A stretch of 48,624 bases of DNA from Candidatus Sericytochromatia bacterium. GTDB taxonomy: Bacteria; Cyanobacteriota; Sericytochromatia; S15B-MN24; UBA4093. The translations under genes and the position numbers were made by a program. Position 1 is the stretch's first letter; each line of letters begins with the position of its first letter. The notes below the pieces were generated by a model. The model was given only the letters and a program-made list of their open reading frames with translations. It made no database searches and was not told where the DNA came from. The DNA lies in contig JAKFCT010000033.1 of assembly GCA_036676495.1 (NCBI GenBank), forward strand, positions 1 through 48,624, given 5' to 3'. Shown one piece after another: positions 27,511 through 37,401 of this stretch.

Positions 27511-28014
27511 TCAATCGGCCCATCCCGGGATTTCCCCGGCACGCCGACGCCCGAAAAAGCGCTTGAGAGCCGCTTGGCAGTCGGCCTCGCAGACTCCGGC
27601 GATCACCTCGGGGCGGTGGTTGAATTCCGGGCGGTCGACCAGGTTGAAGACGGTGCCCGCCGCGCCCAGCTTCGGATCCATGGCCCCGTAGACGAGGCGA
27701 TCCACCCGGGCCTGGACGAGCGCGGGGGCGCACATGGGGCACGGCTCCAGCGTGACGTAAAGGGTGCAGCCGGCGAGGCGCCAGCGCCCGAGCCGTCGCG
27801 CTCCTTCCCGCAGGACGGAGAGTTCGGCATGTCCCAGCGGATCGTGCTGGGTTTCGCGCGTGTTATGCGCGCGCGCCACCACTTCGCCCTGGCAAACCAG
27901 GACGGCGCCGACGGGAATCTCGCCGAGGGCCTCGGCGCGCGCCGCCTCTTCGAGGGCCAGGCGCATGAACGGCTCGTGCCGCCAGGGAACCGGCGGGGAG
28001 GGGAGGGTCGTCAT
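27511..28014 (-). CDS. tadA: tRNA-specific adenosine deaminase
   Basis: GEIPVGAV, HAE, LYVTLEPCPMC, YGAMDPK, FF near the C-terminus. Confidence 0.9.
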   Translation of the reverse strand: MTTLPSPPVPWRHEPFMRLALEEAARAEALGEIPVGAVLVCQGEVVARAHNTRETQHDPLGHAELSVLREGARRLGRWRLAGCTLYVTLEPCPMCAPALVQARVDRLVYGAMDPKLGAAGTVFNLVDRPEFNHRPEVIAGVCEADCQAALKRFFGRRRAGEIPGWAD

Positions 28015-28206
28015 GGGGAAGAATCCTTTAATCACGTCCTTCGGGACTGCTTGCGTAAGGATTATACTCCGGCGGGAATCGCTTCTCCCGATCGTCCGGT
28101 GTCTTTCGGACGTGCCGCAGGCATGACCCATGCGGATCAAGCTGCCGACCGCCGGGATTTCAGGTACCATAGAGGGGCCCCGCCCCCACCATGCAAGGAG
28201 CCAGGC

Positions 28207-28617
28207 ATGTTCCACAATTCCGTCGTCGCATCGATCGCGACCGTCGTCGTCGCCATGGGAGGTTGGATGAGCCCGCGCCAGGAATCGACGTTCACCACCT
28301 ACGGCTATATCGATCAAATCGAGGTCCCGGCGAAAGCCAAGGTTGGCCAGCGCCTCGTCATCACGGTTACGGGGAATATGCCCCAGGCCGGCCTGAACTT
28401 CCGAGGCGTCGAGTTCGTCGAGCATCCCGAGACCAAGACGATTCTGGTCAAGGCGATCGCCACCGGAGAGACGGACAAGGCTTACGCCGACATGCTCTCC
28501 CCCTTCACCGCGACGGGCTCGTTCACTCCCAAGACCCCCGGAGCCTATCAGTTCACGGCCATGCAGCCCAACGGCACCTCGGTCCCGCTGGATAAGCGCC
28601 TCGAGGTTCGGCCGTAG
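28207..28617 (+). CDS. Hypothetical exported beta-sandwich-like protein
   Basis: AAGGAG RBS before ATG 28207; N-terminal hydrophobic stretch; FTPKTPGAY. Confidence 0.65.
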   Translation: MFHNSVVASIATVVVAMGGWMSPRQESTFTTYGYIDQIEVPAKAKVGQRLVITVTGNMPQAGLNFRGVEFVEHPETKTILVKAIATGETDKAYADMLSPFTATGSFTPKTPGAYQFTAMQPNGTSVPLDKRLEVRP

Positions 28618-28726
28618 CCAACGGGATTTTGCCGGCGATTTCACTGACCGGAGAATTTTTCGTCATCTTGACGTAATATTTCTCGGGCATAGGAGGTGCA
28701 GGATCTGGTAGGGTTGTTCCGGGAGG

Positions 28727-28924
28727 GTGGATTCGATGATTCGCACCTATGCCTGCCCGCAATGCAAAGGGAAGCTCACGCGGGCGTCCAAATGGCTCGG
28801 CTATTGTTGTGAGGCGTGTCGCTTGGCAGTGACCATCGTCAGCGAGCGGGAGGTCCGCCTCTCGCCTTTGAGCGGCTCCGAGCCGACGCTGATTCCGCTG
28901 GACACCCTCTGCGAGATTGCCTGA
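28727..28924 (+). CDS. Small zinc-ribbon protein (Trm112-like CxxC...CxxC)
   Basis: YACPQCKGKL ... CEAC; GGAGG RBS. Confidence 0.55.
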   Translation: MDSMIRTYACPQCKGKLTRASKWLGYCCEACRLAVTIVSEREVRLSPLSGSEPTLIPLDTLCEIA

Positions 28925-28927
28925 GCC

Positions 28928-30757
28928 TCACGCCCCGGTTTCGGTCGGTCCGATTTCGGCCGGAAGGTCGATGGTGAAGCGGCTGCCTCGACCGGGCTGG
29001 CTTTCCACGCTGACGCGGCCGTGATGAAGCTCGGCCAGTTTCTTGACGATGGTGAGCCCGAGCCCCAGCCCGCTGGGCTTTAGGGTGCTTCCGGCTTCGA
29101 GCTGGTTGAACGCCTCCCAGATCCGTCCCAGATCCTCCTGCTTGATCCCCCGCCCCGTATCCGAGATGACGATCCGCACGTCCCCGTCATGGGGCATGAC
29201 CTCCACCCCGATCCGGCCTCCCGGCGGGGTGTTCTTGCGGGCGTTGTCCAGCAACTCCATGAAAATTTGCGTGATGCGCCGCGAGTCCCCGCAGATCGGG
29301 GGAGCGTCGGGCGCCAGCTTCGCGTCGACCTGAAGGTTCGCGAGCTTGAACTCGGTTTCCATGATGTCCAGGGCATTGCGGGCGACCTCGGGAATCGAGA
29401 CTTCGGTCTTGTAGAGCGGCAAGCTGCCGCCCAGGAGCGCGCTGTAATCGAGCATGTTGTTGATGTGGGTGGTCAGCCTGCGGCTTCCGTCCTGCAGGCC
29501 CTTGAGCAACTCCTCGTCGGGGTACTTTTCCTGAAGCAGCTCGGTATAGCCGATGATCAGCGACAAGGGGGTCTTCATCTCGTGCGAGATGGTCGAGAGG
29601 AAGGTGTCCTTGAGGCGGTCGAGGGTCTTGAGCTTCTGGAGGGCTTGCGACAGCTCGAGGGTGCGCGCGTCGACCTGCGCTTCGAGCGAGGAGTGGGAGT
29701 GCGCGATTTCTTCTGCCATCTGGTTGAAGGACTGTCCGAGGGCGTTGAGTTCCCGGGAGGGCAAGTGCGGGACGTGGACTCCCAGTTCCCCGTCGCCGAG
29801 CCGGCGGGCCTTGTCGACCAGGAGGGCGATGGGCCGGCTGGCCTGTCGGATGCCGAGCTGGAGCATCCAGAAGACCAGGCCGAAGCCGAGGATGCCGATT
29901 CCCAGGATGGCAAGCAGCATGCGGCGGATCATGCCGAGGGAGTCCGCGACGGGGATCCCTGCGACGACGGTCCAGCCGATGGCGGGATAGCGGTAGAAAG
30001 CGGTAATCCGCTCGATGCCGTCGCTCCAGACCAGGATCTTCTCGCCGTATTCATGCGCGAGGATGTAGGTCATGGCCGGGGAGACGAGCCGTTCGCCGAG
30101 GGGCCCCGCGATCTGCGGGCGGGCCAGCCGGCGGCCTTCGGCATCCACGATGCTCACCACGACCCGCCCCTGGAAGGGCGGGGCCGCGAAGAAATCTGCG
30201 ATGTAGCGGGGATCGTAGTGAATGGCCAGCAGACGTCGGGAACCCCCTTGATCGTAGGGGTAGACGAGGGTGAGCATCGCATTCGGGCTGAAGGGCAGGC
30301 TGGTGAAGCCCGACATGGCCGGCTTGCCGGTCTGTAAGGCTTGCTGCACGTAGTCCTGATTGCTCAGATCGACGGGAGGACTGCCGTAGGGCGCAAACGT
30401 GGTGAGCAAGAGGCGCCCGGAGCTATCCAGCATGGAGAGCCCGAGCCATCCCGCCGTCCCTTGATCGACGAGGCGCAAGAGCGCGTACGCGTCGCGGCCC
30501 GGCCCCGCCCGCACCTCCGGGGTATTCGCCATGACGCCCAGAAACGCGAGCTGCTGCGTATACCAGCGCTCCAGGCTGGCATACGCCAGCTGGGCATGGC
30601 GATCCACCTGCACGAAGTAGCTCTGCCGCGCGGTCAAGTAGAGCCAAACCATCAAGGCCCCGCCCAAGATCAGCACCGGGACGTACGTCAGCAGAAAGAG
30701 GACCCGAAACCGGTTCCCCAGGCTGAGCTCATCCCAGGTTCGGCGCCACCCCTCCAT
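28928..30757 (-). CDS. Membrane sensor histidine kinase (Cache-HAMP-HisKA-HATPase)
   Basis: Two TM segments; HAMP (ELNALGQSFNQM); SHEMKTPL; ELLDNARK, DTGRGI, GLGLGL. Confidence 0.92.
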   Translation of the reverse strand: MEGWRRTWDELSLGNRFRVLFLLTYVPVLILGGALMVWLYLTARQSYFVQVDRHAQLAYASLERWYTQQLAFLGVMANTPEVRAGPGRDAYALLRLVDQGTAGWLGLSMLDSSGRLLLTTFAPYGSPPVDLSNQDYVQQALQTGKPAMSGFTSLPFSPNAMLTLVYPYDQGGSRRLLAIHYDPRYIADFFAAPPFQGRVVVSIVDAEGRRLARPQIAGPLGERLVSPAMTYILAHEYGEKILVWSDGIERITAFYRYPAIGWTVVAGIPVADSLGMIRRMLLAILGIGILGFGLVFWMLQLGIRQASRPIALLVDKARRLGDGELGVHVPHLPSRELNALGQSFNQMAEEIAHSHSSLEAQVDARTLELSQALQKLKTLDRLKDTFLSTISHEMKTPLSLIIGYTELLQEKYPDEELLKGLQDGSRRLTTHINNMLDYSALLGGSLPLYKTEVSIPEVARNALDIMETEFKLANLQVDAKLAPDAPPICGDSRRITQIFMELLDNARKNTPPGGRIGVEVMPHDGDVRIVISDTGRGIKQEDLGRIWEAFNQLEAGSTLKPSGLGLGLTIVKKLAELHHGRVSVESQPGRGSRFTIDLPAEIGPTETGA

Positions 30758-30879
30758 GCGATCCTCCCTCGACGGGACTTTCGCATGATAGGCGGGACGC
30801 TACCAAGGGGACTCGGCAGGGAGGGCCAAGGATTTCTTGGGGAAACGCTACTCCGTCCCCCCCGCGACTGGCTTCTCGA

Positions 30880-31473
30880 TTACTCGGAAATCAACCGGCC
30901 GATCGCCGTCCAAAGCCGCTCCCGGTTGAGCCCGCTCTCGGCCGAAACCGGAATCAACTCGTCCTCCGGGAAATGCTCCATGCCCAGCCCTTCCCAGACC
31001 TGCGCCACGTGCGGATCGATCTCCGCGCGCTTGAGCTTGTCGGCCTTGGTGGCCGCCACCACCACCGGCACTCCCGCCTCCTTCGCCCAGCGGTACATCT
31101 GCTGGTCGTCGGGCGTCGGAGGATGCCGCAGATCCACGATCATCACCAGGCCCTTGAGATCCTCGTACGTGTTGAGGAAGCGCTCGATCATCTGCCCCCA
31201 GGCCTCCTTCTCGGCCTTGGAGACCTTCGCGTACCCGTAGCCCGGCAGGTCCACCAGGTACATCTGGGCGTTCACGACGAAGAAATTGAGCGTCGCCGTC
31301 TTGCCGGGCTTCGCCGAGATCTTGGCCAACGCCTTGCGGTTCACCAGCTTGTTGATCAGCGAGCTCTTCCCCACGTTCGAGCGGCCCGCGAAGGCCACTC
31401 CCGGCAGCCGCTGGCGCGGATGCTGATCCGGCCTCACCGCCGAGCAGACGAAGTCCGCCGTCAGGATCTTCAC
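30880..31473 (-). CDS. engB: Ribosome biogenesis GTP-binding protein YihA/YsxC
   Basis: GRSNVGKSS, PGKT, DLPGYGYA, TKADK. Confidence 0.95.
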   Translation of the reverse strand: MKILTADFVCSAVRPDQHPRQRLPGVAFAGRSNVGKSSLINKLVNRKALAKISAKPGKTATLNFFVVNAQMYLVDLPGYGYAKVSKAEKEAWGQMIERFLNTYEDLKGLVMIVDLRHPPTPDDQQMYRWAKEAGVPVVVAATKADKLKRAEIDPHVAQVWEGLGMEHFPEDELIPVSAESGLNRERLWTAIGRLISE

Positions 31474-31817
31474 AGGACCTCGCTGACCCGCTCGGGAGGA
31501 CGCGCCACGACGGCCTTGTCCCCCCGGACGACGATGGGGCGCTCCAACAGCGCCGGGTGCTCGGCCAGGAGGCGAAGGCCCTCCTCGCGCGTCAGGCTCT
31601 TGCCCACCAGGCCCAGCTCCTTGAAGAGATCGTCCTGCTTCCGCATGACCTCGACGGGCTCCATGCCCAGCTTCGTCAGCAAGGCATCCAGCTCGGCGGC
31701 CGACGGAGGAGTCTCCAGGTAGCGCACGACCTGGGCGTTCGCTCCCGCCGCTTCGAGCAGGGACAAGGCTTGCCGGCTCTTGCTGCAGCGGGGATTATGA
31801 TAAATGACGGTGTTCAC
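31470..31817 (-). CDS. arsC: ArsC family (glutaredoxin-type arsenate reductase-like) protein
   Basis: YHNPRCSKSR and LLERPIV..ARPPE. Confidence 0.8.
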   Translation of the reverse strand: MNTVIYHNPRCSKSRQALSLLEAAGANAQVVRYLETPPSAAELDALLTKLGMEPVEVMRKQDDLFKELGLVGKSLTREEGLRLLAEHPALLERPIVVRGDKAVVARPPERVSEVL

Positions 31818-31924
31818 GGTGGTGATTCTCCGAATTCACGTAACGGCGCCCTTCCGCCCCCTCGACGGGGACGGAAGACGGCTCGACTCCCATGATAGCA
31901 GAGCCCGGCGTTTCCTTCCGCCGA

Positions 31925-32389
31925 CTAGCTGCCTTTCGATACAGCCAGCGCCTCGTCCAGGGCCCGCCGCAGGCTCGGCCCCGACGTCGGGCCCACGAAC
32001 CGCTTCACGGGCTGTCCTTGGGCATCCAGGACCACGAACGTGGGCGTGGCGCGCACGCCCAGCCGCGAACCCAGCGCGCGAACGGCCTCGCCTTCCGGGT
32101 AATCCCCCAGGCGATCGATCTGGTAAATGGCCACGCTCGCACGCCCTTCGTAGTCCTTCCGGATGCCCTCGACCACCGGCTTCAACACGACGCAGGACGG
32201 ACAATGGGTCTGGCTGAACTCCACGAGAACCGGCTTGCCGTTCGTCAGGAAGTCGACCGACGCCCCCCCGACGCTCTCGCCCGACCGAGGCAGGAAGTAC
32301 TTGCCGAGCACGAAGGCGATCATCACGACCGCCGCGACGTTGAGCCCGCGCTCCAGCCAGATCTTCCAGCCCGTCTGCTTATCCGCCAT
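31925..32389 (-). CDS. Membrane-anchored thioredoxin family protein
   Basis: N-terminal TM; CPSC motif; ATPTF cis-Pro loop; overlaps the MMPL stop. Confidence 0.8.
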   Translation of the reverse strand: MADKQTGWKIWLERGLNVAAVVMIAFVLGKYFLPRSGESVGGASVDFLTNGKPVLVEFSQTHCPSCVVLKPVVEGIRKDYEGRASVAIYQIDRLGDYPEGEAVRALGSRLGVRATPTFVVLDAQGQPVKRFVGPTSGPSLRRALDEALAVSKGS

Positions 32390-34628
32390 GGCGTCCTCCC
32401 TTTTCGAAGCCGCGCCAGTTCCAGTCCCCGGCGAGCCGCATCAGCGCCGGCACCAGGAGAATCCGAATGATCGTGGCGTCCACCAGCACCGCCACCGCCA
32501 GCCCCAGGCCCAGCATCTGCACGATCACCATCTCGGCCCACGCGAACGACCCGAAGACCACGACCATGATGAGCGCCGCCGAGGTGATGATCCCCGCCGT
32601 CGAGGCCACCCCCTCCACCGTCGCATGGGTATTGTCCCCCGTCGCGTCGTAGACCTCCTTGATCCGATGCAGCAGGAAGACCTCGTAATCCATCGACAGC
32701 CCGAAGATGATGCAGAAGAGCATCAGCGGGATGCTCAGAGGAATCGCCCCCGACGGAGCGTCCAGCCCGAAGATCCCGGCCCCCCAGCCGTACTGGAAGA
32801 CGGCCACGACCGCCCCGTAACCGGCTCCCACCGAGAGCAGGTTCATCAGGACCGCCTTGATCGGCACCAGGACCGAGCGGAAAGCCAGGGCCATCACCCC
32901 CAGGGTCGCCAGCACGACGAAGCCGATCACCCACGGGTAGACCCCGAGCATCGCCGCGTCGAAGTCGTTGTAGAAGGACGCCTGCCCGCCGACCAGCACC
33001 GTGAAGCCCTTGGGAGCCTTGGTCTCCAGCTCCTTGGCGAGCCGCTTCGTCTCCTCGAAGTCCACCTCGTCCTTGAGGGTCAGGTACATGTAGGTCGTGC
33101 GGCGATCGCGGCTCAGGAAGAGATCCCCCAGCAAGGGGTACTGCGCCATGGCTGCGTCCAGGTTCCGGTACAGCATGAAATACTCGGTGGCCCCCAGGTC
33201 CTTTCGAAGATTGACGGGACCCGCCACCTCGGCCACCCGCGGGTCTGACGCGAGCTCCCGGGAGTACGCCATGAGCGCCGGCAAGGTCTTGAGACTCAGG
33301 GCGTCCTGGTCGGTCTTCAAGATCAAGTGAACGGGCGCGATCACGCCGCCCTTGTTCATGGCCATCAGCGCGTCGTACCCCTGCTGGTACTCCAGGCGCT
33401 CCGGCAGCCACCGTCCTGTCGGGAAACCGAGCTTGATGCTGGCCGCGGGCCACGCCAGCGCCACTAAAAGGACCAACGCCGTGAGCCCAAACCGTACCGG
33501 CCGCTGCATGATCCGCTGGGCCCACCCCCGCCAGCGGTCCTGCTGGCTCGCGAGGGTCGGCAGTTTCAGCCAGCGGGGCGAGTCCACCCGCGGCCCGAGC
33601 ATGCCGAGGATCGCCGGAAGCAGCGTCAGGGCCAGGGTCACCGAGCCGATCACCACCACGAAGCCCCCCCAGCCGATGGAGCGCGTGTCCAGGATGGGAG
33701 TGGCCACCAGGCCCGCGAAGCCAATCAGCACCGTCAATCCCGAGAACAAGACGGCGACGCCCGCCGTCGAGACCGTCTCTTCGACCGCCTGAGCGGTATC
33801 CAGCCCCCGCCCGAGCGCTTCACGGAAGCGGTTGACCATCAGAAGCGAGTAATCGATGCCCATGGCGAGCCCCAGCATGGTCGAGACGCTCTGGGCAAAC
33901 GCCGTGAGCTCGATGTTGCCCGCCACCAGATACAGCAGCCCCTGGGTCAGCACGATGGCGCATGCCCCCATGACCAACGGCACGCCCGCAGCCATCAGGG
34001 TGCCGAAGGCCAAGAGCAGCACCAGAATCGTCAGCGGCATGCTCCGGGCTTCCGAGCGGCTGGTGTCCTCGGTGCTGAACTGGTTGATGTCGTAAGTCAG
34101 CGCTCCGCGCCCGGTGACGTGCCAGGTGAAGCTCGGATCCCGCTCTCGGGCCGCCGTCCCCGCGGCCTGGACGGCCTCGCGGATCGCGGGAACGGCCTTC
34201 TCGGCGCCCCGCACGTCCCGGGCCGCGAGCCCCACGAAGGCGAAGGTCTCGCGGCGATCGTCCGACAGCAAGCGGACATCGTCCGCTTCCGGATAGGCCA
34301 GGACCTCGGAGACTTCTGCATCCGCCTTCAGCCGGGTCACGGCCTCGCCCAGAAACGCCTTGAACGCGGGATCGTCCACGGTCTCGCGCTCGCTCCGGGC
34401 CACCAGCACCAGCACCTGGGAGTACGGGTTCTTGAACTCGCTGGCGAGGATGGCTTCGACCTTTTCCGACTGGCTCCCCGCGATGCTGCCGGTCCCACCC
34501 GCCAGCACCTCGGTGATCCGCGAGGCGCCCAGGGCCGCGACGACCACGGCGACGAGCCAGAAGCCGATCACTACGAGCCGGTACCGATACAGCCAGGTGC
34601 CCAACTGGGCGAAACGACCTTTGAGCAT
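32379..34628 (-). CDS. MMPL/RND family transporter
   Basis: GIDYSLLMVNRFRE, FGLSMDYEVFLL.RIKE, DATIIR..LVPALM; two large extracytoplasmic loops. Confidence 0.92.
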   Translation of the reverse strand: MLKGRFAQLGTWLYRYRLVVIGFWLVAVVVAALGASRITEVLAGGTGSIAGSQSEKVEAILASEFKNPYSQVLVLVARSERETVDDPAFKAFLGEAVTRLKADAEVSEVLAYPEADDVRLLSDDRRETFAFVGLAARDVRGAEKAVPAIREAVQAAGTAARERDPSFTWHVTGRGALTYDINQFSTEDTSRSEARSMPLTILVLLLAFGTLMAAGVPLVMGACAIVLTQGLLYLVAGNIELTAFAQSVSTMLGLAMGIDYSLLMVNRFREALGRGLDTAQAVEETVSTAGVAVLFSGLTVLIGFAGLVATPILDTRSIGWGGFVVVIGSVTLALTLLPAILGMLGPRVDSPRWLKLPTLASQQDRWRGWAQRIMQRPVRFGLTALVLLVALAWPAASIKLGFPTGRWLPERLEYQQGYDALMAMNKGGVIAPVHLILKTDQDALSLKTLPALMAYSRELASDPRVAEVAGPVNLRKDLGATEYFMLYRNLDAAMAQYPLLGDLFLSRDRRTTYMYLTLKDEVDFEETKRLAKELETKAPKGFTVLVGGQASFYNDFDAAMLGVYPWVIGFVVLATLGVMALAFRSVLVPIKAVLMNLLSVGAGYGAVVAVFQYGWGAGIFGLDAPSGAIPLSIPLMLFCIIFGLSMDYEVFLLHRIKEVYDATGDNTHATVEGVASTAGIITSAALIMVVVFGSFAWAEMVIVQMLGLGLAVAVLVDATIIRILLVPALMRLAGDWNWRGFEKGGRHGG

Positions 34629-34639
34629 GGTTGCTTCTC

Positions 34640-36304
34640 CTATAGCCAGCGGCTCAAGTGCCGTTTGAGCTTTGCGTAGTCGATCTTGACGTTGTGGCGG
34701 GGGTCCACGGGCATCCTGCGCAGGAAGACGATGCGGTCCACCGGAATGCCGTTTAGGGCCATGTGCTCATGCAGCGCTTCTTCCCAGGTTCGCCGCTGCC
34801 GGCGATCGCCCCAGTCCTGCGGGGAAACGGCCAGAACGACCTGATCCCCGTGGTTCAGGAGCGCGGCCTTGCCCACGAAGCTGAGCTGGTGAACGATGGC
34901 CTCCGCCTGGATCGGGTAGAGCGTGCGATCGCCGTGCCGGATCAGGTTGTTGACCCGCCCGACCAGCCAGATCCGCCCCTGCGGGTCGAGGTAGCCCACG
35001 TCTCCCAGGCGGTGCCAGAGCGTGCCGTCGCGATCGCGGATCTTGTTCTCGCGCACGGCCTCGGGATTGCGGTAGTAGTCCTTGCCGACGTGATCACCGG
35101 TGACGACCAGCTCTCCGATGTCTCCGGCGGGCAGTTCCAGCGCGTCGAGCCCTTCCGGGCCCACCTCGACCGGGCCGTCCACGATCCGGATCACCTTGAG
35201 CCGGATGCCATGGGCCGGCAGGCCCACGCAGTTGCCATGGCCCGCACGCGTGAGCGCACCGGTCTCTTCGCAGACCTCCGTCGCCGAGATGAGCGCGACG
35301 GGCTCCGCCTCGGTGGAGCCGTAGCCGATGAAGGCCTCGCCATTCGGCATCACGGGGCGCAGCGTCTCCAGCAAGCCCGGAGGCACCGGGCCTCCCCCCG
35401 TGAAGAGGGTCCGTAAGGTCGACAGCGTCCGGCCTTGGGCTTGGCAGTAGTCGGCGATGGGCTTCCAGTAGGCGGGAGAGCCCACGGCCGTCGTGATTCC
35501 ATGGTCCTCGATCTGCTTCACGATCACCCGGGGATCGACCTCCGAGGGCTTGGAAGACGTCATCAGCGGCAGCACGCTGGTCACGCCCGCCGCCAGGTTG
35601 TTGAGCACGAAGATCGGCAAGGTCGTCAGGTCCACGTCCCCCTCCCGCAGCCCCATCTCCCGCGACAGGGCATGGTGCTGGGCCATCAGGAAGCCGTGGG
35701 TCCGGTTGGAGCCCTTGGGAATGCCCGTGCTTCCCGTGGTAAACGTGACGAGGGCCGTCGTCTCCGGGGAGACCTCCTGGGTGCTCACCTCCGGGTGCCG
35801 CGATTCCAGGAGGCGCTCGAGCTGGATCTCCCCGAAGCGCGCCGGCCCTCGAGCGGTCAGGCGCATGGGGATCGGCGACAGGACCCCGCTCAGGCGCCCC
35901 AGCAGCTGGATCATGGGGATCCCGGCAAAGGCCTTGGGCTCGGTGAGGGCGATACAGCGCTTGATCTGAGGCAAGCCCACCCAGGGGTCGATGAAGACGA
36001 TGATCACGGCCATCTTGAGGAGGGCCAGCAGCAGGGTGTACAGCTCGAGGCTCATGGGGATCATGACGACCACGCGATCGCCGGGCTGGAGGCCGCGCGC
36101 GGAGAGGGCGGCGGCCAGCCGGTTCACCCGCTCGTTCAGCTCTCCGAAGCGAACGGTTTCGTAGTCGAGGGCGATTTCGCGGCGATCCGCGCTGCGCCGG
36201 CGCCGGGGGAAGACCACGGCGTTTCGGTCGGGCGTCGTCGCGGCCCAGTGGTCGAGGTAGCCGATGACGTTCGAGTGCGTGAACATGCGCTCCATCGGGA
36301 TCAC
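34640..36304 (-). CDS. OleC-like adenylate-forming enzyme
   Basis: FTTGSTGIPKG, YGSTEAEPV, WHRLGD and the OleC-type C-terminal PVDPRHNVKID. Confidence 0.8.
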   Translation of the reverse strand: MIPMERMFTHSNVIGYLDHWAATTPDRNAVVFPRRRRSADRREIALDYETVRFGELNERVNRLAAALSARGLQPGDRVVVMIPMSLELYTLLLALLKMAVIIVFIDPWVGLPQIKRCIALTEPKAFAGIPMIQLLGRLSGVLSPIPMRLTARGPARFGEIQLERLLESRHPEVSTQEVSPETTALVTFTTGSTGIPKGSNRTHGFLMAQHHALSREMGLREGDVDLTTLPIFVLNNLAAGVTSVLPLMTSSKPSEVDPRVIVKQIEDHGITTAVGSPAYWKPIADYCQAQGRTLSTLRTLFTGGGPVPPGLLETLRPVMPNGEAFIGYGSTEAEPVALISATEVCEETGALTRAGHGNCVGLPAHGIRLKVIRIVDGPVEVGPEGLDALELPAGDIGELVVTGDHVGKDYYRNPEAVRENKIRDRDGTLWHRLGDVGYLDPQGRIWLVGRVNNLIRHGDRTLYPIQAEAIVHQLSFVGKAALLNHGDQVVLAVSPQDWGDRRQRRTWEEALHEHMALNGIPVDRIVFLRRMPVDPRHNVKIDYAKLKRHLSRWL

Positions 36305-37401
36305 GCCTCCCGCTCGTAGAGGGCGTAGCTTTTGAGGGTTTGGCCTCCGAAGCGCTGGGACATCCGCAAGCTGGTGTTGTCCTCCCGCATCAGGGCGTGG
36401 ACGGTCTTGGCGTATCCCTTCCGGGCGGCGGCGTCGTGCATGAGGTGGCAGAGCGCGAGCGCCAGCGAGCCGTTGCGGTGGCTGGGAAGCACGCCGAAGG
36501 TCTTGAGGAGGGCGGCGGGCGTCTCATGGCGCTTCATCAGGAAGCGGATCTTGGCCCAGAGGCTCTGGCTGCCGTTCATGGCTCGGATGGCCGGGGCGTA
36601 GTCCGGGAGCCCGAAGACGAAGCCCACGGGCGTATCCCCCTGGAAAAGGAAGTGGCAGAGGTCGGGATCCATGATGCCGCGCATCCCCGTGTAGAGGCTT
36701 TGGAACTCCGAAAACTCGACGGGGCGCCACATCCAGGAGCCCGCGAAGATGGCGCTCGAGAGGTCGTACATGAGCTTCAGCTCGGCGTCGAAGCGGGTGC
36801 GGTCGAAGGGGCGCGCGCGGTAGCCCGCGGCCATGGCGCGCGCATGATGCCGCTGTGTTTGGGCGGCGAAGTCCGCGGAGTCGACGATCGACGAGGTGTA
36901 GCTGCAGACCGGGCGGAAGCCGAAGCGCTCCCAGTGTTCGGGGTAGTGCCGGGGGTTGTAGGGCTCCAGGAAGAAGGCCCCGTGCTCGAAGCCCTCGGTC
37001 ATGAAGCGATAGGGGAAGTAGGTGCTGGTGTTGAGGGGACCTCGGATTGTCGTGACCGCGCGCTCGCGCAGCCAGTCGACGGCCGAGGCGAGGACGGCTT
37101 CGGAGGCGTCGTAGCGATCCGCGGCCTCGAAGTAGCCGATAAACCCGAGGCCGGGCTCGTAGCGGCGGTTGATCATGGCCGAGCAGCGCGCGAGCGGGAC
37201 CTTTCCCTCGTAGGCGAGGAAGTGGACCCAGTCTCCGTGGCGGGTGAACGGGGCCTCGGGGGCCAGCTGTGCGCGCATGGCGCTCCGAAACGGGGGGATC
37301 CAGGCGGGATCCCCTCGGTGGAGCCGGTAGGGCAGGGCGAGGAAGGCCTCGCGGAAGTCCTCGCCCTGCCCGTGGGCTTGCGCGCTGCTGACGACCTTCA
37401 T
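36301..37401 (-). CDS. GNAT-fold acyltransferase, YghO/bacterial ceramide synthase-like
   Basis: True start is MKVVSS at 37401 (TGATG coupling); GFIGYFE, IRGPLN, EPYNPRHY...FGF, GFVFGLPD. Confidence 0.65.
   Translation of the reverse strand: MKVVSSAQAHGQGEDFREAFLALPYRLHRGDPAWIPPFRSAMRAQLAPEAPFTRHGDWVHFLAYEGKVPLARCSAMINRRYEPGLGFIGYFEAADRYDASEAVLASAVDWLRERAVTTIRGPLNTSTYFPYRFMTEGFEHGAFFLEPYNPRHYPEHWERFGFRPVCSYTSSIVDSADFAAQTQRHHARAMAAGYRARPFDRTRFDAELKLMYDLSSAIFAGSWMWRPVEFSEFQSLYTGMRGIMDPDLCHFLFQGDTPVGFVFGLPDYAPAIRAMNGSQSLWAKIRFLMKRHETPAALLKTFGVLPSHRNGSLALALCHLMHDAAARKGYAKTVHALMREDNTSLRMSQRFGGQTLKSYALYEREA

Noticed and set aside
31470-31817. Arsenic resistance operon
   Set aside because: There is no arsR, arsB or acr3; the gene is a lone ArsC-family member coupled to engB.
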